Shown: in pieces, positions 7,635 to 18,396 of the stretch
How the letters are laid out: each line of letters begins with the position of its first letter
How positions within the stretch are numbered: the stretch's first letter is position 1
DNA from: Candidatus Atelocyanobacterium thalassa isolate ALOHA
GTDB lineage: Bacteria; Cyanobacteriota; Cyanobacteriia; Cyanobacteriales; Microcystaceae
DNA: 32,000 nt
Assembly (NCBI RefSeq): GCF_000025125.1
Contig: NC_013771.1
Location: 1,020,001-1,052,000 of the forward strand
Direction of reading: 5' to 3'
Made by a program: the position numbers and the translations under genes
Notes under the pieces: generated by a model
What the model was told of the DNA's origin: nothing
Database searches by the model: none
Seen by the model: only the letters and a program-made list of their open reading frames with translations

Positions 7635-10272
7635 TCAATAATTGAATAAGTTTGTTTTTTGCAGTTAATAATGCTTCTTCTAATTTACTTGCATCTTTTC
7701 CACCTGCTTGAGCTAAGTTAGGGCGACCTCCCCCTCCTCCTTCACATATTTGAGCAATTTCTCCAATAAATTTACCAGCTGATAAATTCTTATCTTTATA
7801 AATTTTTTTACTAAAGGATGCTACAAGACTAACTTTATTTCCTGGAAGTGTAGCTCCTAAAACTACGGCACCTTCTCCAAGCTTGTTTTGCAGCCTTTCT
7901 GCAGAATGCTGCAATGCTTTTTTGTCAACGTTGCCTACATTGGAGACAATTATTTTTAAATCATTATCTAATGATTCTGCTATGTCTAATAACTTATCAG
8001 ACTTAACCATAGCTAATTCTTGCTGTACAATTTCTAATTGTTTTTGGGTATCTTTTAAATCAGTCTGTAACGATATGATACGCTTTTGAATTTCTTCAGG
8101 TTTTACCTTAAAGTGCTCACATAAATTTTTAACTATACTGTCTTTAACCTTTAAGTATTCTAAGATAGCTGATCCTGTAATTGCTTCTATCCGTCTAACA
8201 CCAGAAGAAATTCCAGTTTGTGAGATTATTTTAAATAAACCAATTTCAGCTATATTATTTACATGTGTTCCTCCACATAACTCCATTGAAATTTCAGGAA
8301 TATCAATAACACGAACTTCTTCGCTATATTTTTCTCCAAACATTGCTATGGCGCCTTTTTCCTTTGCGACTTTTAAAGACATATTTTCAATACTTACATC
8401 ATGCTTCTCAGAAATCCAAAAATTGACGGTATTTTCTATTTGTTCTATTTGTTCTATAGTTATTTGATGAGGATATTGAAAATCAAACCTTAGTCTATCA
8501 AAAGTAACTAGCGAACCTGCTTGTGTAATAGAACTATCTAAGTTTTTTCTCAGGGCAGCCTGCAATAAATGAGTTGATGTGTGATTTAGTTTAATACACT
8601 GACGATAATTATTATCAACAACTGCATCTAGAGTTTCATTAGTTAATAAATATCCTTCTTCTATCTTTCCGTAATGAATAAAAACTTCAGATTCTTTTTG
8701 GATATCGTTAATTCTAATGAATGATTTGTGTCCAACCAAGTAGCCATGATCACTTACCTGACCACCTGATTCTGCATAGAATGGAGTGCTATCAAGTATT
8801 ATTTGAACATTATTTCCTTTTTCTGCTTGTTGAACAACTTTCTGATTAACTAATATCTTTTTAACTACAACAGATGAATTTAGATCAGAATAACCTGTAA
8901 ATTTTGTGGCATCAACATCGCTTATTAATTTATTAATTTCATATCCCAGAGATAAATTTATATTTTCATGTGCTGCTTTTGATCTACATTGTTGCAATTT
9001 CATTTGTTCATAAAATTCATCAATGTTAACTTTTAACTGACTTTCCTCTGCAATCTCTTGAGTCAACTCTAATGGAAAGCCATAGGTATCGTACAAAATA
9101 AAAGCATCTAAGCCGGAAATTTGATTAGGTTTTATAGTATTATCAATTATTTCACATAATAGCTTTTCTCCTCTTTCTAAAGTCTTGAGAAAAATATCTT
9201 CTTCTTTGCTTAGTTCCTTACTAATAAAAATTTCTTTTTCTCTAACTTCTGGATAAGATTTTTCAGAAATTTGAATTGCAGTCTGTGCAATTTTATTAAT
9301 GAATTTTCCTTCTATTCCAATTAGACGTCCGTGCCGAATAATTCTACGAATTATTCGACGTAGTACATAACCTCTGTCTGTATTAGAAGCAGTAATACCA
9401 TCAGCTATCATATGAATAACTGCTCTAATATGATCTCCAATAATTTTTAAAGATTTTTTTGTATTTTCTTCTGCATGTCTATATTCAATTGCAATTATAT
9501 TCAAAATAGATTCAATTATAGGAAAAATTAAATCTGTTTCATAATTATTTGGTACTTTTTGTAATATTTGAGCCATTCTTTCTAGGCCCATTCCTGTATC
9601 AATATTTTTTTTACCTAAGGGAAATAAATTACCATTTTCATCACGACTATATTCCATAAATACAAGATTATAGAATTCGATAAAGCGAGAATCATCTTCT
9701 AAATTAAGATTTTGTTCTCCTAATTCGGGATGAAAGTCATAGTATAATTCTGAGCAAGGGCCACAAGGTCCAGTTTTTCCTGCTTTCCAAAAGTTATCTT
9801 TTTCTCCCATTCTTATAATTCTTGTTTGAGGAATACCAATAATATTTTCCCAAATATTAAAAGCTTCATCATCACTCTCAAAAACACTAACAACAATACT
9901 TTCTGGAGGTAAAAGAAAAATCTGAGTAGACAGCTCCCAGGCCCATCTTATAGATTGTTCTTTAAAGTAATCTCCGAAACTAAAATTACCTAGCATTTCA
10001 AAAAAGGTATGATGTCTAGCTGTATAACCTACATTATCGATATCATTAGTACGAATGCATTTTTGAGAAGTAGTAATACGAGAAAAGCTAGATTTTTCTT
10101 GACCGAGAAAAATAGGCTTAAAAGGCAACATTCCAGCTATTGTTAGCAAAACAGTTGGATCTCTTGGTATCAATGATGCGCTAGGAAAAATTTGATGTTT
10201 TTTCCCCTTATAAAAGTGCAGGAATTTATCGCGTATTTCATTTCCAGTTAAAAAAGGTGGATTTATTGTCAT
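7630..10272 (-). CDS. alaS: Alanine--tRNA ligase
   Basis: 880 aa. Class II core blocks are present: RHHTFFEMLGNFSFGDYFK and GMGLERMAQILQ. Editing-domain motifs HTSTHLLQAAL and CGGTHV are present. The C-terminal DHHA1-like block is GGGGGRPNLAQAGG. Confidence 0.97.
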   Translation of the reverse strand: MTINPPFLTGNEIRDKFLHFYKGKKHQIFPSASLIPRDPTVLLTIAGMLPFKPIFLGQEKSSFSRITTSQKCIRTNDIDNVGYTARHHTFFEMLGNFSFGDYFKEQSIRWAWELSTQIFLLPPESIVVSVFESDDEAFNIWENIIGIPQTRIIRMGEKDNFWKAGKTGPCGPCSELYYDFHPELGEQNLNLEDDSRFIEFYNLVFMEYSRDENGNLFPLGKKNIDTGMGLERMAQILQKVPNNYETDLIFPIIESILNIIAIEYRHAEENTKKSLKIIGDHIRAVIHMIADGITASNTDRGYVLRRIIRRIIRHGRLIGIEGKFINKIAQTAIQISEKSYPEVREKEIFISKELSKEEDIFLKTLERGEKLLCEIIDNTIKPNQISGLDAFILYDTYGFPLELTQEIAEESQLKVNIDEFYEQMKLQQCRSKAAHENINLSLGYEINKLISDVDATKFTGYSDLNSSVVVKKILVNQKVVQQAEKGNNVQIILDSTPFYAESGGQVSDHGYLVGHKSFIRINDIQKESEVFIHYGKIEEGYLLTNETLDAVVDNNYRQCIKLNHTSTHLLQAALRKNLDSSITQAGSLVTFDRLRFDFQYPHQITIEQIEQIENTVNFWISEKHDVSIENMSLKVAKEKGAIAMFGEKYSEEVRVIDIPEISMELCGGTHVNNIAEIGLFKIISQTGISSGVRRIEAITGSAILEYLKVKDSIVKNLCEHFKVKPEEIQKRIISLQTDLKDTQKQLEIVQQELAMVKSDKLLDIAESLDNDLKIIVSNVGNVDKKALQHSAERLQNKLGEGAVVLGATLPGNKVSLVASFSKKIYKDKNLSAGKFIGEIAQICEGGGGGRPNLAQAGGKDASKLEEALLTAKNKLIQLLK

Positions 10273-10471
10273 TACAAAATATTTATTTAGATTTATTGAT
10301 TTTTATATTGTTACATTTTATGAATGAATATTAAAAATATACTATTTATACTATTATTCTTAAATGTTGAAATGATAAGTATTGGTATTGTTTTAAGAGC
10401 TTTATTAGTATAATTAAAATGTAGACATCTCTATTAGTTATATTACTCTTTAATTTTGATTACATTAAGTT

Positions 10472-10891
10472 ATGTCTCCTTTACCTCAATATCGTCCTCA
10501 CAAGCTGTCATTAGGCTCTCTTGAAACTGAGATTCTGGAAATTCTTTGGGATCTTGAAAAAGCTACAGTTAAGCAAATTCATGATTGCATCTTATCTGAT
10601 TTAGAAAGAGAATTGGCTTACGCTTCTGTTACAACAGTTTTAAATCGTTTAACTAAAAAAGGGTGGTTAAAATGTTGTAAACAAAATAAAGCATTTTCCT
10701 GGGAGCCTCTTGTATCTCGAGAACAGACTAATACATTGCGAGCTTGCGAACAGTTGCAACAATTTCTTGCTATTAGTAACCCTAATATGGTTGCTTCACT
10801 TGTAGATAGTTTAGATACTACTAGTTTAGAACGTTTAGAATTAATCGCCGCAAATTTACAAGCGATTCGTCATCAACGAGAGATAAAATAA
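10472..10891 (+). CDS. BlaI/MecI/CopY family winged-helix transcriptional repressor
   Basis: 139 aa. The segment LGSLETEILEILWDLEKATVKQIHDCI...YASVTTVLNRLTKKGWL is typical of the Penicillinase_R fold. It lies 2 nt upstream of an M56 peptidase gene, which is the canonical pairing. Confidence 0.8.
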   Translation: MSPLPQYRPHKLSLGSLETEILEILWDLEKATVKQIHDCILSDLERELAYASVTTVLNRLTKKGWLKCCKQNKAFSWEPLVSREQTNTLRACEQLQQFLAISNPNMVASLVDSLDTTSLERLELIAANLQAIRHQREIK

Positions 10892-10893
10892 AT

Positions 10894-11745
10894 ATGCACA
10901 TATTAATGATTTTACTAGTCTTAACTCTTGCATGTGGAATTAGATTACTGTATCCCTTTACTTTGATGGGAATGAGCCGCTGGCAGATTTCTCTTATAAC
11001 TTTTATTGTACCTCCTTTATTACTCATAGTAACAACTATTTCAATTGTTTCGATGGGATATGATGGCAAGATGTTAGGCTTGCCATCAAGTCGTTTTAGT
11101 TATTCAACATCAATAATATTTTTAGGGATTGCCTTGGTAAAATTTATTAAAACTACTTTACAAGGATGTGATTCAGTCAAAGTAATTAAAAATTATCCGA
11201 AGCAAGTTATTAATAATTACTTAGTAAGAATTGTTGAAATAGATTTACCTTATAGTGCACAAATCGGATTTTGGAATCCTGAATTAATTATCAGTAGTGG
11301 CTTACTAAAATCTCTAGATTTAAATCATTTAAAAGCTGTTATTGCCCATGAAGAAGCACATAAAAATTATCATGATACCTTTTATTTTTTTTGGCTAGGT
11401 TGGTTAAAAACTATTAGCTCTTGGCTACCAAATACAAATATGATTTGGGAAGAATTATTATTATTGAGAGAAATTCGTGCAGATAAAGAAGCTATTAAAA
11501 ATATCGATCCTCTAGTTCTTGCTGAATCTTTAATTATTGTAGCTAGAAAAATGAATTTAGTAGCCAAGAATAACTCGACTAGTTTTGTAGAAGTATGTTT
11601 TCATGATATGAACACCAATAGTAGACTTGAAAAAAGAATCAAAGCGTTATTTGAAATGTCAGAAGATTTAGAAAACGATAATTCTCACATAAATTATCTT
11701 CTGTTAGTTTTATTACCATTACTTTCTATTCCTTTCCATAATTAA
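10894..11745 (+). CDS. M56 family (BlaR1-like) membrane metallopeptidase without extracellular sensor domain
   Basis: 283 aa. About 4 N-terminal TM helices are followed by the HExxH motif (AVIAHEEAHKNYHD) and a C-terminal TM helix. No penicillin-binding/transpeptidase-like domain follows. Confidence 0.8.
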   Translation: MHILMILLVLTLACGIRLLYPFTLMGMSRWQISLITFIVPPLLLIVTTISIVSMGYDGKMLGLPSSRFSYSTSIIFLGIALVKFIKTTLQGCDSVKVIKNYPKQVINNYLVRIVEIDLPYSAQIGFWNPELIISSGLLKSLDLNHLKAVIAHEEAHKNYHDTFYFFWLGWLKTISSWLPNTNMIWEELLLLREIRADKEAIKNIDPLVLAESLIIVARKMNLVAKNNSTSFVEVCFHDMNTNSRLEKRIKALFEMSEDLENDNSHINYLLLVLLPLLSIPFHN

Positions 11746-11935
11746 ATAATAAAAATATTATTCATGTTTATTTTTTATAAAATATTTATGATGTTTCATA
11801 TATACATTAATTTATAACTTTTATATATGGAAATATCTTTTGTGAATATACTTCTATAAAACATTCATCTCCTAAAAGACGCTATAGTTAATACCATAGA
11901 AATATAAATTCTAAACATAGCTCATATCTGATTTT

Positions 11936-13999
11936 TTAAATTTCGTTAATTTCAATATTCGCATCCTTTAGTATTCTGAGAAAATCTGTTTCATTTAAAC
12001 GAATAATATTTAATTTCATTCCTTCTGCTAATTTAGAACCAGGATTTTCCCCTACTAAAATATAATTTGTTTTTTTAGTTACTGAATTAACTACTTTACC
12101 TCCAAAATTCTCTATCAAGTTTTTGATCTCACTTCGTTTTAAAGTATTTAAGCTTCCAGTAATCACGAAAGTAATATTAAAAAATATTTGTTTATCTGGC
12201 TTATTTTGATTGATCCCTAAATTTTTATTTTCTAAAACAAAGCCATTTTTATCTAATTCGCTTATTAATTTCTGGTTTTCTTCAAGCGAGAACCAACTTC
12301 TAATTGAATAAGCAACTTCTTTCCCTATTCCCTTAATAGTTACCAAAGTATCATAAGGCGCTTGCAATAGCTGCTGAACACTAGAAAAATTTTCTGTTAA
12401 CAATATAGCTGTTGTGTACCCTACATGATGAATACCCAATCCATATAGTACCTTTGTCCAAGACTTTGTTTTACTACTTTCTATAGATTTAATTAAATTT
12501 TCTGCAGACTTTATTCCCATTCTTTCTAAATTAGAAACTTCTTGAAAATTTAAATGATACAAGTCTGAAATAGAATTTACCAAGCCATTACTGATTAAAA
12601 GATCTATAATTTTTTCACCTAAACCAGAAATATCTACAGCATCTCTTGAAGACCAATGAATTAAATTTCCTTTTAAAATTGCTGGACAAGAATTATTAAT
12701 ACAACGAACCACTGCCTCGTTTGAAAAACTAACAAGCATGCTATTACATTTAGGGCATCGTTCAGAGATTTGAAAAACTTTGGTTTTATGATGACGTAAT
12801 GTTTTTAGTACCCGAATTACTTCTGGTATTATTTCACCAGCTTTACGAATAGTGACTGTATCTCCGATACAAATTCCTAATTGAGCAATACGATCAATAT
12901 TATGTAAAGTAGCCTTGCGGACTATTGTTCCACCGAGAAGAACCGGGTTCATTACTGCCATCGGAGTAACAGCTCCAGTTCTTCCTGTATTGAAAATGAT
13001 ATCTTCAACTACTGTTGAGATCTCCTCTGCAGGATATTTTAATGCGATTGCCCAACGAGGGAACCTTTGTGTATAAGCCAATTCTTTCTGCAAGATATGA
13101 GAATTAATCTTTATCACAACTCCATCCGTCATATAGGGCAAATGCTTTTTTGCACTTTTCCACTCATTAAAGTAGTTAGTTACTGTATCAAGAGACTTAC
13201 ATAGCCGATAGTAAGGATTAACTAAAAATCCACATTCTTGTAGAAATTTTAAAGTATCCCATTGACTTTTAATATCTAAATTATCAGCATATAAAGAGTA
13301 TGCAAAAAATTGTAACTTTCGTTCGCTCACAATTTTTGAATCTAGCTGTCTTAGAGTTCCTGCAGCTGCGTTTCTGGGATTGGCAAACAATGATTTGCCT
13401 TCTTTTTGCTTCTGTTTATTAATTCTCTTAAATTCATCCAGAGGTAAAAATGCTTCCCCATTTACATGCATAATGGAAGGTGGATCATCTAAATTTAGAT
13501 GTAATGGAATAGAAAAAATGGTACGAATATTTTGAGTAATATCTTCTCCTACTATTCCATCTCCTCTTGTTAAACCACGTGTTAATAGTCCATTCTCATA
13601 TGTCAACGATAGTGCTGAGCCATCAATTTTCAATTCCGCAATATATTTTATTAACTGATTTTCTTGTGATTTTAAGTACTTTTGATTACGATTTTCCCAA
13701 GCTTCTAATTCTTGTAAATTAAAGGCATTTTCTAAACTATATAGAGGAATATCATGTTTAACAGAATTAAAATGAAGGGCAGGTTTTTCTCCTACTCTTT
13801 GTGTAACACTGTCAGAGCTGATGAGATTTGGATTTCTTTGTTCTAAATTGTATAACTGTCGGTACAGCTGATCATACACTGAGTCTTCCATTATGGACTC
13901 ATTTAAAACATGATAAGCATAATTAGCTTGCTGAAGATGTTTACGAAGTTTTATGATTGTTTTCTGAATATTTAAATTATTCACTTTTCTAACCTTCAA
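11936..13999 (-). CDS. ligA: NAD-dependent DNA ligase
   Basis: 687 aa. It has the adenylation motif ELKIDGSA (KxDG) and an OB fold. The Zn finger is CPKCNSMLV...[10 protein letters not shown]. HhH repeats and a C-terminal BRCT domain ([28 protein letters not shown]) are present. Confidence 0.96.
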   Translation of the reverse strand: MKVRKVNNLNIQKTIIKLRKHLQQANYAYHVLNESIMEDSVYDQLYRQLYNLEQRNPNLISSDSVTQRVGEKPALHFNSVKHDIPLYSLENAFNLQELEAWENRNQKYLKSQENQLIKYIAELKIDGSALSLTYENGLLTRGLTRGDGIVGEDITQNIRTIFSIPLHLNLDDPPSIMHVNGEAFLPLDEFKRINKQKQKEGKSLFANPRNAAAGTLRQLDSKIVSERKLQFFAYSLYADNLDIKSQWDTLKFLQECGFLVNPYYRLCKSLDTVTNYFNEWKSAKKHLPYMTDGVVIKINSHILQKELAYTQRFPRWAIALKYPAEEISTVVEDIIFNTGRTGAVTPMAVMNPVLLGGTIVRKATLHNIDRIAQLGICIGDTVTIRKAGEIIPEVIRVLKTLRHHKTKVFQISERCPKCNSMLVSFSNEAVVRCINNSCPAILKGNLIHWSSRDAVDISGLGEKIIDLLISNGLVNSISDLYHLNFQEVSNLERMGIKSAENLIKSIESSKTKSWTKVLYGLGIHHVGYTTAILLTENFSSVQQLLQAPYDTLVTIKGIGKEVAYSIRSWFSLEENQKLISELDKNGFVLENKNLGINQNKPDKQIFFNITFVITGSLNTLKRSEIKNLIENFGGKVVNSVTKKTNYILVGENPGSKLAEGMKLNIIRLNETDFLRILKDANIEINEI

Positions 14000-14321
14000 T
14001 ATAATAACTGTTGTATTGCTAACTATTTATCCTTAAATATATGCATAAATATACATTTCTTAAAAGTTTTTGATAACTTCAATATTATTTATTAGGACTA
14101 GAAATATTTCATTAAATATACTAGCTTGAGTAAATATTGCTGAAACATGTTAGTTTTAAATTTTAATAATTTTTAGCCTATGGCAAGTAATTAATCTTTA
14201 TATTATAAATAAAATTTTTTTTCTGTATAAGTAGATTTATAATCATTTTGGTACAAGACATATAAAATATCAATCTTGTAATTTTTTACGTAATATTTAG
14301 AAATTTAGTGTTTAAGATGAG

Positions 14322-15827
14322 TTGATAATAATGTTTAAGAAAAAAATAAAGTTTAATAATAAAGAATTTTTGGTTCTTATTCTAGGCTCGCTATTAATTT
14401 TTATATTGATTAACAAAACATTCAGGCGATCAATTAATAATAGTCACGAATATAGATTGTCAAATAATATTATAGGGAAAAGCTCTCCTGATGATATAAA
14501 AATAATTGTTTTAAAACCAAAAATAGTTAAAATTTTTTCTGAATTTACAGGAACCATAGAAGCCAAAAATATATTAATCCTCAAATCAGAAATTTATGGG
14601 AAAATAAAACAAATTTTAGCTAAGGAAGGAGACAACATCACAAAAAATCAAATAATAATGGAATTTGATCCCGATAATTTGCAAGCAAAATTATTAGAAT
14701 CACAGGCTAAGCTAGCTAGTACCAAAGCTAGATTATTGGAATTAGAAACTGGAAATCGTATTGAAGATCTGAAAGAAGCCAAGGCTAGATTAAGAGGTGC
14801 AAAAGTTCGTTTAAACAACACAAAAATAGGAGATAGTATTGAAGAGATTGCTCAAGCTAGAGCAAATTTAAATTCTTCACAGGCTAGTCTCGAATTAGCC
14901 CAGCAAAGAGTTGCTCGCTATAAAATGCTAAAAGAACAAGGTGTAATTTCTATTGATGAATATCAAGAACACATAACAATTCTACGTAGAGCAAGAGCTG
15001 ATCTAGAACAAACTAAACGACGTTTGTCCCAACTCAAGAAAAGACGTTTAGCTGATTTAGATGAATTGACTACCGTTGTAGAAACAGAGTTACAAAATTT
15101 ACAAAGACTACAAGCTGGTCCACGGCGAGAAGTTATTGCTCAAGCTAAAGCAGATGTTATAGAAGCAAGTGCACAACTTCAAACATCTCAAATTCATATT
15201 TCTAAGACTAAAGTTAAGGCACCTTTCTCTGGAGTAGTAGAAAATATTTTTACTAGAGATAATGAATATGTAAAAGAAGGAGATTCTTTAATAAGTTTAA
15301 TAAACAACAATACTTTAAGACTGCGCTTAACTATTCCATTAAAATACAGTTCTCGACTAAGTATAGGTTTACCTGTAGAAATTATTGATGATTCGGAAAA
15401 AATAATTACTACAGGAAAAATTAGTTTTATATCTTCTAATATTATTAAAAACTCACAATCAATATTCATTAGAGCTAGTTTTAACAATTTAAATCAAAAA
15501 CTTTTAAACGGTCAATTTGTTCGTGCAAGAATAATTTGGCAGAAAAATAGCAGCTTATCAATTCCAGCTAAATCTGTATATCATATTGGAAAAGAAAAAT
15601 TTGTTTTTATAGTTAAAGATAATAATTCAGGGGAAAATAACATACCTAACTCAATAGCCAAGAGAGTTAAAGTTCAATTAAATAGTTTAGAAGGTGGTGA
15701 TTATAAGGTAATTAATGGTTTAACTGCTTATGACAAGTTGATAGTATCCAACAATAAAAAATTAAAAGATGGAATGTTTCTTCAAAAACTAGATTCCCAT
15801 GAGAAGAAGGTTAAAAATAGTAATTAA
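14322..15827 (+). CDS. HlyD/membrane-fusion-protein family efflux adaptor subunit
   Basis: 501 aa. The ORF starts at TTG 14322, but ATG 14331 (MFKKK) is more likely. It has an N-terminal TM anchor, a lipoyl-like hairpin (GKIKQILAKEGDNITKNQIIMEFD) and a long alpha-hairpin coiled coil. A beta-barrel region follows (VKAPFSGVVENIFTRDNEYVKEGDSLISL). Confidence 0.8.
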   Translation: MIIMFKKKIKFNNKEFLVLILGSLLIFILINKTFRRSINNSHEYRLSNNIIGKSSPDDIKIIVLKPKIVKIFSEFTGTIEAKNILILKSEIYGKIKQILAKEGDNITKNQIIMEFDPDNLQAKLLESQAKLASTKARLLELETGNRIEDLKEAKARLRGAKVRLNNTKIGDSIEEIAQARANLNSSQASLELAQQRVARYKMLKEQGVISIDEYQEHITILRRARADLEQTKRRLSQLKKRRLADLDELTTVVETELQNLQRLQAGPRREVIAQAKADVIEASAQLQTSQIHISKTKVKAPFSGVVENIFTRDNEYVKEGDSLISLINNNTLRLRLTIPLKYSSRLSIGLPVEIIDDSEKIITTGKISFISSNIIKNSQSIFIRASFNNLNQKLLNGQFVRARIIWQKNSSLSIPAKSVYHIGKEKFVFIVKDNNSGENNIPNSIAKRVKVQLNSLEGGDYKVINGLTAYDKLIVSNNKKLKDGMFLQKLDSHEKKVKNSN

Positions 15828-15904
15828 GAGATATGAGTTACCTTGAAAAACTAATAAAAATTATTATTTGTATATTGTTTTGATGTATTAAATTTGGTTA
15901 GAAC

Positions 15905-16606
15905 TTAATATTGAGTTAATCCATGTTTTAATGCAAAACGTACTAACTCTGTGCGACTATTAGTTTCAGTCTTACCAAACAAACGACTTACATATTTCTC
16001 TACATTTCTAACACTTGTATTTAAACGAGCTGCAATTTCTTTATTCATAAGACCTTCTGCAACTAGGTCTAAAACACTTTTTTCTCTTGGAGTTAAATCG
16101 ATTTTAATAGATGGTGGTATTACTGTTAAATGAGTTTTTTGTTGACCTAATTGTTCTTTTAGTCCTTTAATTTCTTGAGCTATCTCTTCTAGTTTTACAG
16201 AGTTATTACCAATTTTTTCATTAATTTTACGACGTTCTAGAAAACTTTTTACAATCGCTTCTAATTCTTCAGGATCAAAAGGTTTTGGTAAGTATGCGTC
16301 ACACCCAGCGTTATAACCTTTAATACGATCAGCAGTCATACCTCTGGCAGTAAGAAAAATCAAAGGAATAGTTTGTAGACGGTTGTTATGACGTATTCTT
16401 TCTAAAAATTGGTATCCGTCTATTTCCGGCATCATAACATCAGAAATAATGATATCAGGAATTGTTGTTTCTAAAAGTTTCCAAGCTTCTTTCGCATTAT
16501 TTGCGATTTTTACTATTAAATCACCATTGTATTCTAAGTATGCTTGTATAGAATCACACACACTTGGTTCATCATCAACTAATAAAATTACAGGAGAATT
16601 ACTCAT
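15905..16606 (-). CDS. NarL/LuxR-family two-component response regulator (REC + LuxR-type HTH)
   Basis: 233 aa. The receiver domain has LLVDDE, the phospho-acceptor context DIIISDVMMPEIDG, LTARG and KPF. The C-terminal HTH is LTPREKSVLDLVAEGLMNKEIAARLNTSVRNVEKYVSRLFGK. Confidence 0.88.
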   Translation of the reverse strand: MSNSPVILLVDDEPSVCDSIQAYLEYNGDLIVKIANNAKEAWKLLETTIPDIIISDVMMPEIDGYQFLERIRHNNRLQTIPLIFLTARGMTADRIKGYNAGCDAYLPKPFDPEELEAIVKSFLERRKINEKIGNNSVKLEEIAQEIKGLKEQLGQQKTHLTVIPPSIKIDLTPREKSVLDLVAEGLMNKEIAARLNTSVRNVEKYVSRLFGKTETNSRTELVRFALKHGLTQY

Positions 16607-16636
16607 AGCTTATATCTTTTTAATGCTATTACAATT

Positions 16637-16930
16637 TTAATCTAAGTATTCATCAATAGAAGTTGCTTCAACTTCCACTGTTTCATTCTCTGATGATTTT
16701 TCTACGATAATTTGAGAAGGACCTTCGAATATTACTTTAATTAGCTCTGTTATTAGTAGAGTTAGAATAGCAAAATCATCTACTTGTCCTATTATGGGGA
16801 AAAAGTCTGGAGAGAAGTCTAAAGGGCTTATAAAATAAGCTAAAGTCCCTAAAATTACCCACCAGCGATATCTCTTGTTACGAATTAAGGATCTGTAACT
16901 ATTGTAAATAGAACGTAAAGAAAGTTTCAT
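16637..16930 (-). CDS. DUF1232 (YkvA-like) small membrane protein
   Basis: 97 aa. It carries the hallmark motif YFISPLDFSPDFFPIIGQVDDFAILTL. It ends 30 nt upstream of the response-regulator start on the same strand. Confidence 0.7.
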   Translation of the reverse strand: MKLSLRSIYNSYRSLIRNKRYRWWVILGTLAYFISPLDFSPDFFPIIGQVDDFAILTLLITELIKVIFEGPSQIIVEKSSENETVEVEATSIDEYLD

Positions 16931-17088
16931 TTAGTTAACTGTATTTAATATTTCAACATTAAATCAGGATATATTTATAGGCACTTATATCATTTCAGTA
17001 TTTTAAATAGATAAAGTAATTATTTTTATATTAGAAATTATCAAACAATTTTCCATATTAATTTTTAAGTTTTACTAAATATTGATTA

Positions 17089-18132
17089 TTAAGATCTCTG
17101 CAAAGATTTATCCTTTAAAAGACCAGTCAGTAAAGATGCAGGGGGCTTTTTGTAAGGCCAGGCAAAAGCATGTTGAAAAGCAAAATTTTGACATGCTTGT
17201 AATTGATGAAAATCAATTACATCTTGAGTTAAAAGATTTTCAAATTCAAAAGGTAGACGTACATTGTGCAATCCTGCATTATCTGTACAAATCGCTATAT
17301 GTACTCCTGCTTCAAAGCAACGATCAAAAACTGTTTTTAGTTCATATAAATTTTCTAAATTTCCTGTTTTTAGATAAGTTGTTGGGCAAATTTCTAAGCA
17401 TTGATTAGAACGTGCAATTTCTGGTAATAGTTCTGGAAATTTTAATGGTATCTGAATGCCATGACCAATCCTCATTAAATACGGAAGAAGTTCAGGGTAA
17501 CAACCGTCAGAAGTTTCATAAAGGTGGCCGGTAGTATTTAATCCCAAGGCTCTTGCATATTTATATAAATCTATAAATTCATCTAATCTTTCACCATAAT
17601 GGGAGTCTCCTCCTGCGACATCGATAGCACAAACATAATTTTTCATTTGAGCAGCTAAATCTACTATAGCTTTGTTAACCTCGTAAGGTAAGCGAGAATG
17701 CATGCAAAGAATTTGACTAATGACAATGGGGTATTCTTTGACTTGACTAGCTTTGCCAACTATTTTAACAATATTGGTCATAGCATCAATTCTTTCTGAT
17801 TGCTCAAGATATTGAGGAGTGCGGAGATATGGGGTGTACCTTAACTCTAAATATGCTAAATGTTCAAAAATATAAGCTCCACGAATTAAACGGTAGATAA
17901 AATAAGGTAGTGTTTCCTCTGTTTGAACATTCTCTACTAAGGTATGTAACTCTAAATATTCATCTAGAGTTTTACGTTTGCGTGTATAGAATTCTTCAAA
18001 AACTGGATATTGAGGAAATCTTTGCGCCATTTTAGGGTCATGGCGTTTAAAATATCTCCAAAGAATACGCGGAACTACTGATCCTCCTAAATGGCGATGT
18101 AAATCTGCATATAGTGCCATAAAAATCTCCAA
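17089..18132 (-). CDS. add: Adenosine deaminase family protein
   Basis: 347 aa. It has the N-terminal metal-binding motif DLHRHLGGS, internal GHG (IGHGIQ) and a C-terminal CTDNAG block corresponding to the TDD(P) region of the amidohydrolase fold. The alternative start is ATG 18120 (MALYADLH). Confidence 0.85.
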   Translation of the reverse strand: MEIFMALYADLHRHLGGSVVPRILWRYFKRHDPKMAQRFPQYPVFEEFYTRKRKTLDEYLELHTLVENVQTEETLPYFIYRLIRGAYIFEHLAYLELRYTPYLRTPQYLEQSERIDAMTNIVKIVGKASQVKEYPIVISQILCMHSRLPYEVNKAIVDLAAQMKNYVCAIDVAGGDSHYGERLDEFIDLYKYARALGLNTTGHLYETSDGCYPELLPYLMRIGHGIQIPLKFPELLPEIARSNQCLEICPTTYLKTGNLENLYELKTVFDRCFEAGVHIAICTDNAGLHNVRLPFEFENLLTQDVIDFHQLQACQNFAFQHAFAWPYKKPPASLLTGLLKDKSLQRS

Positions 18133-18343
18133 AGAATATATATTATGTTTTCCTTAAAACTATTAAGATAAAGAATATTTCAGAATAATTCCACTAAAGA
18201 ATAATCTTTGATCTTAATAATGGTTTAAATAATAGAAAGTTCTATTTAGAATAGTCCTGTAGTTATCAAAATTTAACTAAAGTATATAAGATTTTCAATA
18301 ATTAATTTAATTGATAGCTAATAGAAATAATTAATCTTAACAG

Positions 18344-18375
18344 AAAGCGGTAGAAGTAAATACTTCTACCGCTTT
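18344..18375 (-). terminator. Hairpin terminator downstream of clpC
   Basis: aaagcggtagaagta (18344-18358) pairs with tacttctaccgcttt (18361-18375). This is the GC-richest stem in the local spacer. It lies 22 nt past the clpC stop, and on the minus strand it is followed by CTGTTAAGATT. Confidence 0.6.
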
Positions 18376-18396
18376 AAAAATGTCCAATTTTTGATT

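Noticed and set aside
17082-17408. 108-aa plus-strand ORF overlapping the 3' part of the adenosine deaminase gene
   Set aside because: It is antisense to a well-supported CDS. The sequence is low-complexity and hydrophobic (LYKSLYVLLLQS...FLNFLFLDKL) with no motif or plausible start context.
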